The position numbers were made by a program, and so were the translations under genes. Shown piece by piece: positions 1 through 13,600 of a stretch of DNA of 64,000 nucleotides (positions are counted from its first letter, which is position 1; each line of letters begins with the position of its first letter). The notes below the pieces were generated by a model. The model was given only the letters and a program-made list of their open reading frames with translations, had not been told where the DNA came from and ran no database searches. This DNA comes from Botryllus schlosseri (lineage: Eukaryota): assembly GCA_051294905.1 (NCBI GenBank), contig CM119378.1, positions 11,656,001 to 11,720,000 on the forward strand, given 5' to 3'.

Positions 1-1330
1 TAATACATTACATACAGGGTCGTAACTGCCGCACCCCAAAACCCCAGTTGGGGGGGGCGAGCTCGAAGGGGGCCCAAAATTATTTCGTGAATTGGTATAA
101 ATTATAGAGTATTTTTTGAAAATATATGTAACTTTTTCAAAATGTTTTCGCGCTCCGCGCGATTACAAGTTGCCAAGTATCTTGATTTGGGGTACTCTTC
201 CCCCAAGAAAAAATACGTAAGATTCATAGAAATGGGCATATCGGCGTTGGCCATTACCGCGTCACGATGCACCAAGACATAGAAAGCTTTAGGCCATGTA
301 ACATGCGACTCCAAGAAGTGTGCCAGAACGATCAACAGCGAGAAAACCTTGGCCGAAAAGGACTGCCCTTATGCTGACCGTAAATTTCGTTATATATATA
401 CAAAATACATATAGGTTTAATTGTCCATAGGCGCCTAAATGACTGGCGCCGAATGTCCCTGTCTTGGCAATCTGAACCTCGCAAGACATATACCATCCCG
501 CAGGAAAAAATTATATGTCAGTGAAGAAATACCAATTTGAAATCGTGTGCGTCTTTTAGTTTAGTAGCCGTGGCGATTATACATTTTTTGATATAGCAGA
601 CATGAGGTCACGAAATAACATCATGTTACGGAGTCATACCAACGGGCCCTACAGTTTCCAAGACACCTCACTCAGCTCTACCGGTAAATCTGATTACATG
701 AGCAGAGAGGACAAGAAATTGATAGCAATATATATGCAATTCCCGATCTTATTGACCGATTTTATCATGAAGTATCGAAAATTTTCTCGCATGGCGCTGG
801 CTCACTAAACAGTGCGATTAATTACGTGGCAAAAGCAGACGACGTGATTGGGGTAAGTTTATCACCCTATGGGAGCCCAAGACCCAAGTTTTATTTGGGG
901 GAACGGGCCTGACGAAGTGCTGTTTCGCTCCTGCCATAACGGGTATACGCCCGAAGATGTTTAATTGCTATTGAGGGGGGTCCTACTTTTTCAAACACAC
1001 CTCACTCAGCTCTACCTGTAAATCTGATTACATGAGCAGAGAGAGGATAAAAATTGATAGCAATATGTATGCAATTCCCGATCATATTGACTGATTCAAT
1101 CGTGAATTCTATAATTTTTTCGAGCTTCGTGCGGTCAGGCAAGAATAGCTGACTCAGATAACGGCCCTCAATGTGGAAGATAAGTAGCGGTAAAGAGTGT
1201 CTAACCTGAGGGGGGTCTGGCGGGCGAATCCCACCAGAAGTTCGGTTTATCATCATTTGGGAGCCCAAGACCAACGCTTTTTTTTTGGGGGGGGGGGGGG
1301 GGGGGCTGACGATGTGCTGTTACATACCGG
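1..1330. mobile_element. Partial copy of the 1.8-kb non-autonomous hAT family seen intact at 43385-45221
   Basis: About 290-1290 aligns with about 43600-44760, including the internal unit cactcagctctaccggtaaatctgattacatgagcagagag (near 669 and 1003). An inverted copy lies at about 48380-48900. Ends not resolved. Confidence 0.65.
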
Positions 1331-2435
1331 TAGCAGCAGCTAGGGGGCAACCATAAACCATAACCATGACGTACTACCGCGCTCACATTGATTGAAATAA
1401 TACACAATACGATTGCCAAACTTCGCGTCTATCGGGGGGTTTGTTATTATTGACATTGACAGTCGGCCCTGTGAGTACGCTTGTACTGTACTCGGGTACA
1501 GGCGCGTAGCCAGCCGAGAACAAAGGGGGATGTTTCGAAAATAGGATTTCTAAATTATACTGTAATTACCATGTTAAATATATGCACAAACGCCTCTACT
1601 GCTGAAATCAGATAATCTCGCACGTGTTAACAACTCTACGCAGATACAATATACCTCTGTTATATTAAAATACAGCGACATCGAATACACGCGCGCGCAG
1701 ATCATGTTTCAATCAACGCAGCGGGAGACCTATAAGTTCACATTCAAATACGTAGTGACCATGACTTGATATACGGTCCAGAACCAGTTTCACGCATGCT
1801 AGTCGAAATCAGTTACATCGTAATAAACTGTCATATGAGTAAGTTTGATGTAAAGCCCTCCAGTGCCCGTAGCACATCCGCAGAACCTAGTTGTATTATT
1901 AAGTTTAAGATATAGCACTGCTATGGTAAGCTAAGATAATAGCAGAAAGAGAAGCAAAGACACAATTTGACCTTTATTACCAAATACGAGGCAGCGCGAT
2001 CAAGTCACAACACAGCGCATTGATCTTGCCGTGATTTACTATTCGCACAAATACACATTTGCCTTTCGTATCAATTGTTCACAAATGGTTTCTGTCGATC
2101 TGGATTAATTTCGTTATGCGCCCTGAGTTTTGATTCAACGTGATATCGGTTGCTAAAATGGTGTAGCATAATTGTTGTGTTGGGATGGTAAAGACGAATG
2201 TGTGCGTCTGCGATGTAATCGTTAATAAAATAACAGTAGCCAGGCTCATGCACGGGCTTAGGCTTAGGCTCAGGGTCGTATTAGATAAAAAGCATTCCTA
2301 ATGAGATAGCGGCGCAATAGTAAAAATGCGAATTGTTGAAGACTATGATAACTCATCGTTATTACCGCATTTCATCGAAGATTGATAGCACTTTCATGCG
2401 TCGCGAATCCATCGTCAGTAACGAAGTCGATTTTG

Positions 2436-2640
2436 CCTACTCACACTACCTTTTAAGTAGTAATGATTTTAGACTACTTCTACTTCTACTTGACAGTTTT
2501 CAAAGTCAAAAATAAGCGTAGAATACCTACTTACTTACTTGTGAACCACCACTCCTACTCCTACTTGAGTAGAAATTCCGGCGTTACTTCTACTTCTAGG
2601 CCTACTTGAGTAGCGACGGTGACTACTTTGACCACATCTG
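2436..2640. repeat. MITE remnant with ctacttctacttgagtag subterminal repeats
   Basis: Repeated tacttctacttgagta motifs ending tttgaccacatctg. A similar end occurs near 38130 (tttgaccacctctg). Confidence 0.45.
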
Positions 2641-2974
2641 TGCGAATCATGGAGCAGCATAAGTCTGCTAGCCTCCGCTGCGTCTGCTTGTTTTTATTAC
2701 TGGCTGAGTGTTTGAAAACAGTACAAGAGATACCAAAACACTAAACGGCAGCCATGTTTTACAACGGAATCGCAAATTGTATCTACGCATAATGGATGTA
2801 GCATAGGAAATCCGATCTGTAAAACATTGTAAGGCCGGGTTCACCAACACGCGTCCCGACAGGTGCGTTTTTGCGGCCTGCGACCTGGTTTCAGATATCA
2901 GAAAATATATATTATTATTGTATTTCTAAATGCTTGAAATATAATATTTTTAAAAGCTTGATCGTTTTCGATTA

Positions 2975-3130
2975 TTGGCAAATTGCCGATAGCCTACTGA
3001 TCACACACGGGGTAATCGTGATTAGTAATCGTAATCGATTACGACGATTACAGCATTTTCAAGTAATCGTAATCGCAATCGATTACATTCGAAAAAAATC
3101 CGAGGTAATCGTAATTGTAATCGATTATTT
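2975..3130. repeat. gtaatcgattac-repeat element fragment
   Basis: Clustered gtaatc/gattac motifs. A near reverse-complement copy lies at about 45835-45950 and related caattac arrays at about 38460-38640 and 41590-41700. Confidence 0.5.
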
Positions 3131-3185
3131 CACGTATCTCATCGATTTCTTTGTGGAAGAACGACTACTTTTTACTTGTAAAAGG

Positions 3186-4156
3186 CAGTGTTGGGATGAC
3201 TCGAGTCATGACTTGACTCGAGTCAGACTCGAGTCACTTTTTCGTATGACTTGACTTGACTCGAGTCACTTTGCTAAAATGACTTGACTTGACTTGACTC
3301 GGCGTATCAGAAATGTGGATTGACTCGTGACTCGGAGCAAAATTCACGAGTCAATTTCAAGTCATGAAGTAACCGGTGTCGATAAAATCACTGTATCTTG
3401 CACATGCTCGGATTGTTCGCGAAACGCTGGTGTAACCGATGAGAGCGACCAATCAATCAATGATCGTGCGTTTTACTGAGCCGCAATTGTTCCATCACAA
3501 ATATATTGATCGCAAACGAAGTGATCGAAGCTTACAGCCTACGTTGACGTAAACTATAGTATGGTTAAGTAATTTAATAGCAAAAGGTATATTTCTGTTC
3601 TGTGTTCTTAACCTAACCAAACCTCTTGTTTTCTAGTTTAATTGAAATTGAATTCGAAAATAGTTTATATATAGTCCTTAACCACAGCAGGCTCGAATTG
3701 TATTATATCAATTTGTAAAAGGGTGATGTATTGCATCTTATCAATTCGTTTCTCTGTTCTTTATTTTGCCTGGTAACTATAAACTGAGGCCGTGCAATTA
3801 CTTACGTAGTTTATTAGTTCTACTTATATGTGAGCGATACAGCGCCTTACTTGCGTGTGTATTTAACTCTATATCCCTTCATCGGTTCAAAGTGAATGAC
3901 CACTCTATCTGTATTTCAGACACCTAGCAAAGTACAATGACGTAATCACGCCTCATACCTTGAAAAGGCAATTTGACTTGAATTGTGACTTGACTTGACT
4001 TGACTCGACTTGACTCGAGTCACCTCCAAAAATCGACTGACTTGACTTGACTCGAGTCACCTTCGAAAATCGATTGACTTGACTTGACTCGAGTCAAAAT
4101 GTGCATTGACTCGAAATGACTCGTGACTCGAAGGTAGTGACTTGATCCCAACACTG
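3186..4156. mobile_element. Non-autonomous hAT element (GACTT/GACTC-rich ends)
   Basis: TIR cagtgttgggat...atcccaacactg; perfect 8-bp TSD gtaaaagg (3178-3185 and 4157-4164). Confidence 0.87.
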
Positions 4157-4315
4157 GTAAAAGGACTATGACAACTGACTATCCGGGAAGAAGGAAAAGT
4201 GCAATATTACATCAGGTTATAGATCGCAGAAATGTAGGATTTGCAAACCCCACTGCTCAATATTACCTCACGAGTATTAGCTTTGCTCGTCATTGCGTAA
4301 CGAATTATCCACAAG

Positions 4316-4620
4316 TAGTGTTGGGATGACTAGAGTCAACTTTTTCGTATGACTTGACTCGAGTCACTTTGCAAAAATGACTTGACTTGACTTGACTCGG
4401 CGCTTCAGAAATGCAGATTGACTCGCGACTCGGAGCAAAATTCACGAGTCAATTTCAAGTCATTAAGTTAACGATGTCGATTAAATCACCCTATCTTAGG
4501 TATGTTCGATTGTTCGGGTTGTTCGCGACACGCTGGTGTAACTTGTGAGAGCAACCAGTCATTCACTGATTGTACGTTTCACTGAACCTCCATTGCTACA
4601 TCACAAACGAAACGATCGCA
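4316..4620. mobile_element. Truncated second copy of the 3186-4156 element (left arm)
   Basis: agtgttgggatgact... aligns with about 3187-3520. Confidence 0.7.
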
Positions 4621-7566
4621 CAATGTCAAAGCTCGGTCACAATACAAAATTCGAAGCAGATTCTGGAGGTTCCAGGACCATGAGCAGAATAAAATTTATA
4701 TTTTCGCAATCAGTGCAGCGGCAGCTTTCCATTGATACACGTTTTATCGAATTTGGCGCTCGGCAAGGCGGTCAAAAATGGCCGTAAAGTTGCCTTTGAC
4801 GAATTGGAAAGTGTGACGTAGATCAATTTCAATTAGCCGTGAGATTTGCTTGTGTTCACATCATATAGGGCACTATGGTTGTACTCAGATGCAGGCTCGA
4901 GATATCACAAGCTGAGAAAGGTCTAGCCGGGAATAGAATACCTATCGCAGGCCACGGGTCCTACAGGGTTGGTGCGATTAAGTTCACAATAAAGTCAGTC
5001 CACGGTTAAAGGTTAGTGTCATTAGGGTATGGGATTATTATTATTAGGGTTGGGCCATTAGGCGCTGATCTCGGGTATGCGGCGCATACCTAGCATATTC
5101 GTGGGTTTGCGGCATACCCGAGATTCCGTTAGGCCTGTAACTCTCTGACTAGTTGGTGAATTACGCGATTTAGAAATAAGGAATGTATTTAGTGACGCTG
5201 CTGCTCACGTGAGCAAATCAGCAGCAATACATTGATTGAATGCTAGTAATTAAAAGACGCGAGGCAAGGAGACCGAGACCTCGATATTAAAGATGTCAAT
5301 TTCCATAGGCGCGAAATGTAGGGATTGTCATCTTCTGCTGTGTAGAAATGTATGATACCTGGCTCGCCGGCCGGAACTTTCGCGTCTGTTGTGAATGTGA
5401 TGCCATACTGTCTCAAGACATTTAACAACGAACATGGACGGAACTGATTAAAAACATACCGGCTGTAAACAGAATCTAGCGGCGTAGTTGATTTTGGTTA
5501 GCGGATTAGCGCTAATACTAACACAACGATCAGAAGATGTGTTGCAGGCTCTTCATATCGAAAGTTCTGACTCCTGTGAGAGGAGTGTCACTACTGAATA
5601 GAGTCCAGAGCAGACTTGGCACTTGTGAAAATAATTCCTATATCTTTAGTTTATTTACCGTCGCTGATGCGTATTCGTTTGTACATTGTACTTGAGACGG
5701 AGTGATTGAAATCTCCTGATTGTCGGAGGGCGTCCGGCGAATACGTTGCGTATTGACGGCGATTGCGAGCTCGCTAATTGACTGCAAAGTCTGACGAGTC
5801 TGACGTGGGGGCTCGTTAACACGAGGAAGCTGATCCTGTCGATGTATCATCGGCAATCTTGTCGATGTATTATCGGCATTGATGCATGTACTTAACCCAA
5901 ATAAATTGATGCTATGCGTTGGAAAATTTGAAATCAATTCAGCGGATGGCCGGCTGACTGCGCGCCTGCTTAATAGTATCGGAGTTTTGTCACCATAGAC
6001 AAGCTACAGGTGATATTGAACGCTTGCGAGTTGGATCATTTGACAATTCACTTTATTATTACGTCACCTCGTGTGACGTCGTCGATACCGCATACCTACG
6101 GAAAATTAGAGTTCAGTGCGTGCTTATGGGTTGGGGTCATGGTCTGTAGGGCGGGGTTTAGATTCTAGCTAGGGTCAATGCGGTTGGTTTTACGTCCTTA
6201 GGTTTGGGGGTTTGGGCGTTGGTGTGAACATGACTGATCTGATTGTGAACATAATCACACCAACCATCTTCCTCTGGTCATACTCATCTGAAATAGGTCT
6301 CATGACAGAACAGACTTGGTCAGTTGTAATAATGTTTCCCTTGACTGTATGTTTTGGTTCAGACTGCTTCCAATTATATTTAACAGTTACCCAAGTAACA
6401 GGGTCAGAGCCTACATTTACCTACTGACATTTTGGATTTTGTCAAGTAGGAAATGCTGATTTAGGATTGAGCATGGATTTTCATCAGTCCTAGTAGTTAA
6501 ATCGTTATGACAACCCTGGCGATACCGATCCCCGTCTCATGTCTATAGAATTTAGTTTCGTGGTTGTAGATGAGCAATGGACATATATTTGTAATAAAAG
6601 GATTTGAAGATTAAGTTTGCTTCTAATATTTAGTTTCTCATTCTTTTGATTGACATTTTTTAAAAACAGATCATGGATTTCAATTTGACAATATAATATC
6701 AATTCATTTCGTCACTGGATTGTACATGTAGGGCACCGTTGCTCCCTCGGAAGCTTGCATTCATTGCTAAGATGCATCTTAAAATCACATCATAGAATTA
6801 TATGTACAATTGTATATATATTGACCAACAAGATTTGGTGTCTTAAATTGATATGAATTGATAAAAATGCATCACTTGAAAATACCTTGTAATTTATCAT
6901 AACTTTATGAACCGAGAAAAATGTGGGTAACAATGAATGTGCCTCTAAAACATGAATACTAAGCACCATAGTTCATACTGATATTATGCTGGTTATATCT
7001 ATGATGAATTCGAGATTTGAATGATACAACGACATGATCTGATGCATGTACATCGCACAAGAACAATGTTATACAGCTTTCATACGGATTCCATTCCGGT
7101 ATGTCATGTTTGGTGATATGATTGATGATATACAATGTTATCTTCAATTATACTAGTTGCTGGTTGTTATTTCTGTACCTCCAATAATCTCTTAAATTGT
7201 GTATTTATTTATTGATTTGTGTAATTATGTATCAACACATGGATTTTACAATATACATATATAATTATATATTCTATTTTATTCTAATATACATATCGTT
7301 AAATATTACAATCAGTTAAAGTATAGACATGCTCGTGTTCGATGCTTGTGTGAACAGATTAGTTAACCACTAAGGTCATATCGAATCGATCATTATGATC
7401 CTATACCGAATATTGTGTTGTCCTTTTGCTCCCTATTATTATTGTTGTTGTTTGTTTATGTGTTTTGGTCGGATGAAAATAAAATTCTCTCTCTACTTCA
7501 TTAGTGAATAAAATAACAGTAACATCATCCTACGAAAAGGTTGATTTTCACGCTCGATTCATTTGA

Positions 7567-7687
7567 CACAATGAGAAGTTAATGGAGGCGGAAGTGCTGG
7601 AATGTTTGTGCATTCTTGTAGCAAGAAGTTACAATGATATAACTGATTGGGTCATCTTACTGAAAGACGCGAGCATCATCAGTAGAG
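7567..7687 (+). CDS. Unit A exon 1 (coding part)
   Basis: HNEKLMEAEVLECLCILVARSYNDITDWVILLKDASIISR; donor g|gtttgc; paralog of 20381-20506; in-frame TGA at 7564-7566 immediately upstream. Confidence 0.65.
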
Positions 7688-10600
7688 GTTTGCTGTTATT
7701 CCATTTTGAAATAGCTCTAACTTATTATACAATCAACTGATGGTCTGATATTGGTTCGACCATGTCTATCAGATTCTCCAAACTGTTGACTCCAGACCGA
7801 CACCACCGGGCCCAAACAGTGGTTATGATAATTTATGGTTATGGCCTTGACTGAAAGACACTAGCCAGAATACCCCGAATGCATTCTGAAAGTTGAAATA
7901 GTTTACTTTGATTGAGTGAAACGTATGTTGGGTGGAATTGACTCTGTAAGATTGTGTCTTGTGAATACATTGATCTTTCTTTTTTGTATTAGGCAGCGGT
8001 ATACATGCTGTGAGCTGGCGCAGGGTGGATATGGGGTATGGTCTGTAGTCTATCCTAGCATGATTATGTGATTTCAATGTAAAAAAGAAACACATTTTAA
8101 GAATTTGAGCTATCGTCATATTCTTCATGAATATTATTGTAATAGATGAGAAAACGGTCTTACTGAAGTATCTACAAGATGATGGAGAATCTAAAGCTTT
8201 GAAAGAGTCGTGTCTCATCGTTTTGAAGAAGACATTGGACCAACAACTTTCCATTTTCCAAGATGAAGGTGAATTGCAGACTGTCTGTCCGTGAGCAATG
8301 GAAAATTTTTAAAAACAAGTTATAAAATGGTCTGACAAACAACAAGTATCGCTAAAGGCAATTGTCAGTTGGTATGCAATGATGAAGTATAGTTTGTGTG
8401 ATCAAGGAAATGAGCCAAATAGCATATTTGATGATAATATGTCAGTAAAAATTGTGTTCGGCAATTCTCCATATTGAGATATGGTAACTGAATTGAGGTA
8501 ATCCGAGAGTTTTGTGCGGTACACTGCGCCATTGCTTCTTTCAAAAAAGTTTCCAGATTTAATAACTATTGATTCTTCTGGATTATTGTTGTTTTATCTT
8601 ATCTGCTTGCTTGATATGCTATGACTGTATAGTGTACAGCATCGTCAAGTATTCATACGTAGCATGGTGAAGATATTGCTACAATGAGGATGTTGCTCAC
8701 TCTTTCGAGATTCTAATTTAAATAGAAAAAAAATGAATCACACAGACGACAGCTTGCTGGGAATGTCATGAAATGATTATGATCTTTTATAAATCGAGTG
8801 CAGCTGATATTTAGTTGAAACAGATCCTCCTACATAAAACTCAGTGTACAGTTCGTTGCAGCAGGTCTCTGGTGTTCCCTATTTCCAGAAATGCCCAATC
8901 TTTCAAATCTAGATGAAAATGACAAAATGCTTCCATATTATACTGGTTAGTTTTACCGTGGCAAATGTTTAGATTTCCCAAAAAGTGTCAAACGGGTTGA
9001 CATCATCGTGAAGCTGCTGCAAGATGGTCGCGTGAGTTGGCCAATATCGTATTTGATGAAGTCTTGGAACAGATTCGAGGAATCTGAACAAATTCACTCT
9101 GCAGCGACGTCATACTGTACTTGGTACGTAGTCATTATGTATTTTCATGTGGTTTTCTTAAAGTATTGCAGTACTGAATAGTGTACGTTCCATTTGTATC
9201 CAAGTGATTATGCAGCTTCTGGTCTACATTATCAAAGTCTTGATTTTGTTCAAATTTCTTTTTGTGTAGATATATCATGAAAAATTTTCTACTTGTTGAA
9301 TATTTTAACAAAAACAATTTACACCTTGAATTACATAAGTCTGACACATGACCTCATGCCACTGGCAAGTCATATGTACCTTTACAAATTTAATCAAATT
9401 AGTGATATCTTGAAGTATTAAGAGTATGTACTGATAACGTTGAATTTTTTCTTTTTTTTGAAGTTGTTGCAAAGAGTCGTAGTTATCCGAATGATATTTT
9501 ATTCGGATAGACTTGTCTGATCAGTAGGATTCGGGATTCTATATTACTGGTGTGCAATTTTTCCTCTACGCACTCACCAACTCTCTGCACGATCCCTTTG
9601 ACAACAGTGCGTAACGACTAAGAACAGGGGCATCACTTTGACTTTCTTGTGTGCGGCACAGATTTTTTGGTGTGCGGCGACTTTGCCAGCAGTACGCGGC
9701 CGCGCACTTGCATAGCTTAGAGGGAACATTGCTGGTGTGGAAGGGGCCTGTCGTTAAAGGGAGTTGACTGCTGTTGTAAGCTTCATCTTGTTGATCTATG
9801 AATCTGTGATGAATCAGTATATTACGTCAATAGGCTACCTATCACAGCTGGTCTATTACAATTACAATTAGAGCCCAACCAATATAGTCAGGTGATATTC
9901 AAAAGATTTGGCGTCTAGCTTGAGACTCATTTTCAAAACTTCGAAGCATTTATGTGAACAAATGCTACAGCCATTGTTATGCTTGCACAATGCACATTGA
10001 TCAAAAATAACTTTTTTTCCGGATCCCGGGGGCTCACTGATTAAATTGTTCGGTTTCCTAAAAACCTCTGCTCACCAAATTCGGCTTAATTCCAACCAGT
10101 ATACGCCTACAAATTTTTGAATCTATTTTAAAAAATTAAAAAATATTATTTTTCAAATTTTACTGTAAACTCCATCAAATTGTTTAGCTGTTTACAAAAA
10201 CGATGCAAAACAAATTTTACGCAATTCTGATCCATAGAACCAAGTTATTTGAGTTTTTCATTCATAAATTTGGGATTTTCTACTGTCCATGCTATTTTTG
10301 CCAATCCAAAACTTCCAGCTGAAATAACTTTGCTTCTACGGGTTGGAATTGAGTGAAATTTGTTTTGCCTCGTTTTTGTAGACAGTAAAATTTGAATATT
10401 GTTTTTCATTTTTCATAATAAATTTGAAAGTTTCAATTGGCTCTGCGTCCGCGTATACTGGTTGGAATTGAGCCAAATTTGGTGTGCAGCGTTTTTCAGG
10501 CAACCTAACAATTCAATCACTGAATCCCCAGGATCCATGAAAAAAAAAGTTATTTTTGAACAACGCTATTGGACATGGACATGTAATAAACTAGAAAGGC

Positions 10601-13600
10601 TGAATCAAGACACCTTTAAGCTTAAGAAATATATCATATTCCCAGTCTAGCAGACTCAAATTATAATTCTCTGACTTCCTACGACCATGCTGTGACATCA
10701 CGAAAATTCCCGATGTTACCTCTAATGGCCAATACCGATATTTCATTCAAATTGCGATATTGATATGATATTATCAGCGAACCGAATCCGTTGGGCTATG
10801 ATTACGATCACATACTTTCGAAATCAATAATGTCAGTACTACTTATAATTAGGATTGCAAATAATACAGTTTATTACAACTTTTTGTAATGTATTTAGCA
10901 ATAGAACAGAGCATCTCGTTCCTTCATTTCGCATTGACAAAATTTTTCTGATTTGTTTTCTAGTCTATCTGAAACAAATTGGATGCTAGATGTCATTCAT
11001 CATATGGCCATAACAGAGAAACCCCACTTGCAAGAAGAGTTTGCTAAGAAGGCGCAGGAAATTTTGGTGATTATTTGCATGCATATACAATATTCACTCC
11101 ACTACACCAGGGTGTTCCCTGTTCAGCCTATGGCATGCAGCGAAGGTTCCGTGTTGTAATGAACTGATAGGAAGATTCCGAAATGACAAGTTACGGTCTC
11201 TTAATCTTTCACTACTTCAGCCTAGTGCACGATTTGACAGTGTTTTGATCTTGATCTTTAATTGGCGTCACTTGATTAGTGAAACGCTAGGGTGTGCCAT
11301 AGTGATGGATTCATGGCATAGTTTTTACCCTTCATATCAGATACTCAACTGATCAGCTTCCCGAATGACACCGACACAGCACACCTGCGAACCTCTTACA
11401 CTACACCAGCGGAATAGCACTGCTCTAGGGGACTCGTGTGACTACCATATCGTCATGATTTCCAGTCAGAATGTACCATTCTGATAAAAAAAATCATGCC
11501 ATGGAATATTTCACCTTTTACCCTAACCTGTTCTTGTGACGAGCCCCGCCTCTGCCAATTTCTGACAGCCAAACATAAAACTTTCTTTGTATTGCTACAT
11601 GTTCCATCTGACCGAACGTTGTCTTCTTGAACTTTTTGAAGGAAAACAGTGACAAAATCAAATTGTAACGGGGACGTGTAGTAATAACTTCGTGGAATTT
11701 ACTCTTGGTTGTCGATCCTATGATTGTATAAGAGGATAATGCACATTTCTAAGATTATAAATCGGGTGTTCGGCAGCCATTTCTAAGATTATAAAGTAGC
11801 AATAAACACCCTTAAATCATTCGTAAATCATTGCGGCATTTGGTCTGAAAGGTTCACCACCATTGCACTTCATGTTAAAGTTACAGATCTGCATCAAGGA
11901 TAGTATGAAAATTGACCTCAAGATCGTGGAAACATGGAAAAGCCAATGCATATATTATCTATCATACATACTGCTGTTACTACTTCCCATTTCCATAGTG
12001 AAACAACCATAATTTCTTTTAAGCAACCCGATCCCACTCATGGAGACTGTCCAACAGATTTCAATGGCGACCAAAATCATTCAGGAGTGGAAGGAAAAAG
12101 CTCAGATGATGGTGGGTTTTACAGAATCATTATTCGTTTTGTTATATGAAAATCAAGGCCTCATTGCACCAATCAGGAATACCAATAGAAAGTTAGTGAC
12201 AAATACAAAAATAATTGCTTGAAATTACACTGTCCAACAGCCAATACGCTTCTGAAACGAATTGATCCAATCTTGGTCAATTTGAGGTCATCCATAACGA
12301 ATCTGAATTTGAAATTTGTGGCTTAGCTCTAGTTGTGGAGGAATGGCACCATGCCAAAATGTGACAAAATTCATTAAAAATATGAATTAATTAAAATTGA
12401 AACATCCGATTTAAGGGGCTCATATTGTGTCAAATCTGTTGCGTATCGACTTCTGAACACAATAGCTCCAAAGCAGATGAGACGTTGAGAGTTGTTGTTG
12501 CTCTCAGAAAGCAAAAAGTATCACCATTTTCTCTGAAAAATTCAGTTTCCTTACACTTGCATTTCTTGGATATTATAATCAATGTGCGCAACTAAACTAT
12601 AGGGACTATGCGAATATTCCCGAGTATTACGCTATGCAATGCAAATAATACTGAGCACCCCATAAAGGGAAAGTCACCCGGCGTTGTTGAAGGATCAGCC
12701 ATTGTTTCGATCACCCATTTTACCGTAAAGATCATTCGTTACTATCAGCCAGTTCGGCATTTAGAGAACGTTGCCGTTCCCAAAATGCCTTATTATCAGG
12801 GCGATTTTTTACCTAAAAACTGAATATTTTACACTAAAAAATGAAAATTTCGACATTTTTTAAACTTTGAAATACTTAATTTTGACAAAATTTTGCGCTC
12901 ATGTGTGTTAATTAAGCGTTTTCGCACATAATGTTAGAATTGTACTACTTTTCTCATTTTTAGTTTTCCTTGTCTGTCTTTACGATTTAACTTGGCCTGG
13001 TACAACGAAACGTACGTTGAGCATAACACCATGTCAACATATTTGTTTCATTTGACCGTTTATGATTCACAGCGATTAGACAATGGGCCGTCTACAACTG
13101 TAGGCCTATAATGTAGGCTACAAGCCGTAAATTAATGACTTGAAAACAATCTTGACGCTTTTTTGACCTAATGCTATAATTTTGACAAAAATTTGACTTT
13201 TTTTAATATTAAAAAAGGACATAACCCGACATAATCTCTGATCCTCCAACAACAGCAACAACGCCGTGTGACTTTCTCTCATTATGTGCTCAGTATTATT
13301 GAATCCATACTGCATATTGCTATGGAATATAATAAAGTAATGCATTCAGTAGGCAATACATGACAGATTTGATCCAATATGAACTCTTTAAATCAGAGTT
13401 TTTTCAATTTCAATTTTGTTTTGTATATATTTTTGAATGAATTTTGGCATGGTGCCATTCCTCCAAAACTAGAGCTAAGCAGCAAATTTCAAGTTGATTG
13501 ATATTCGTGATCGGCGACCCCAAATTAGCCAACATTGACCTGATTAGTTTCAGAAGTAAATTGAAAATATTAATTATATAATTGTCAAAGTATTTTATGA

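Noticed and set aside
3190-4150. GACTT/GACTCGAGTC arrays as CRISPR-like repeats
   Set aside because: There are no constant-length repeats with unique spacers and no cas genes; these are subterminal repeats of a TSD-bounded hAT element in a eukaryotic genome.
6690-6760. Minus-strand GATVPYMYNPVTK resembling a GH18 chitinase segment
   Set aside because: It is surrounded by many stops and no catalytic DxDxE motif was seen nearby; too short to support.
11200-11500. Possible LTR-integrase relic on the minus strand (IHHYGTP, CKRF)
   Set aside because: There are only 3-4-residue resemblances among multiple stops, with no LTRs or other pol motifs.
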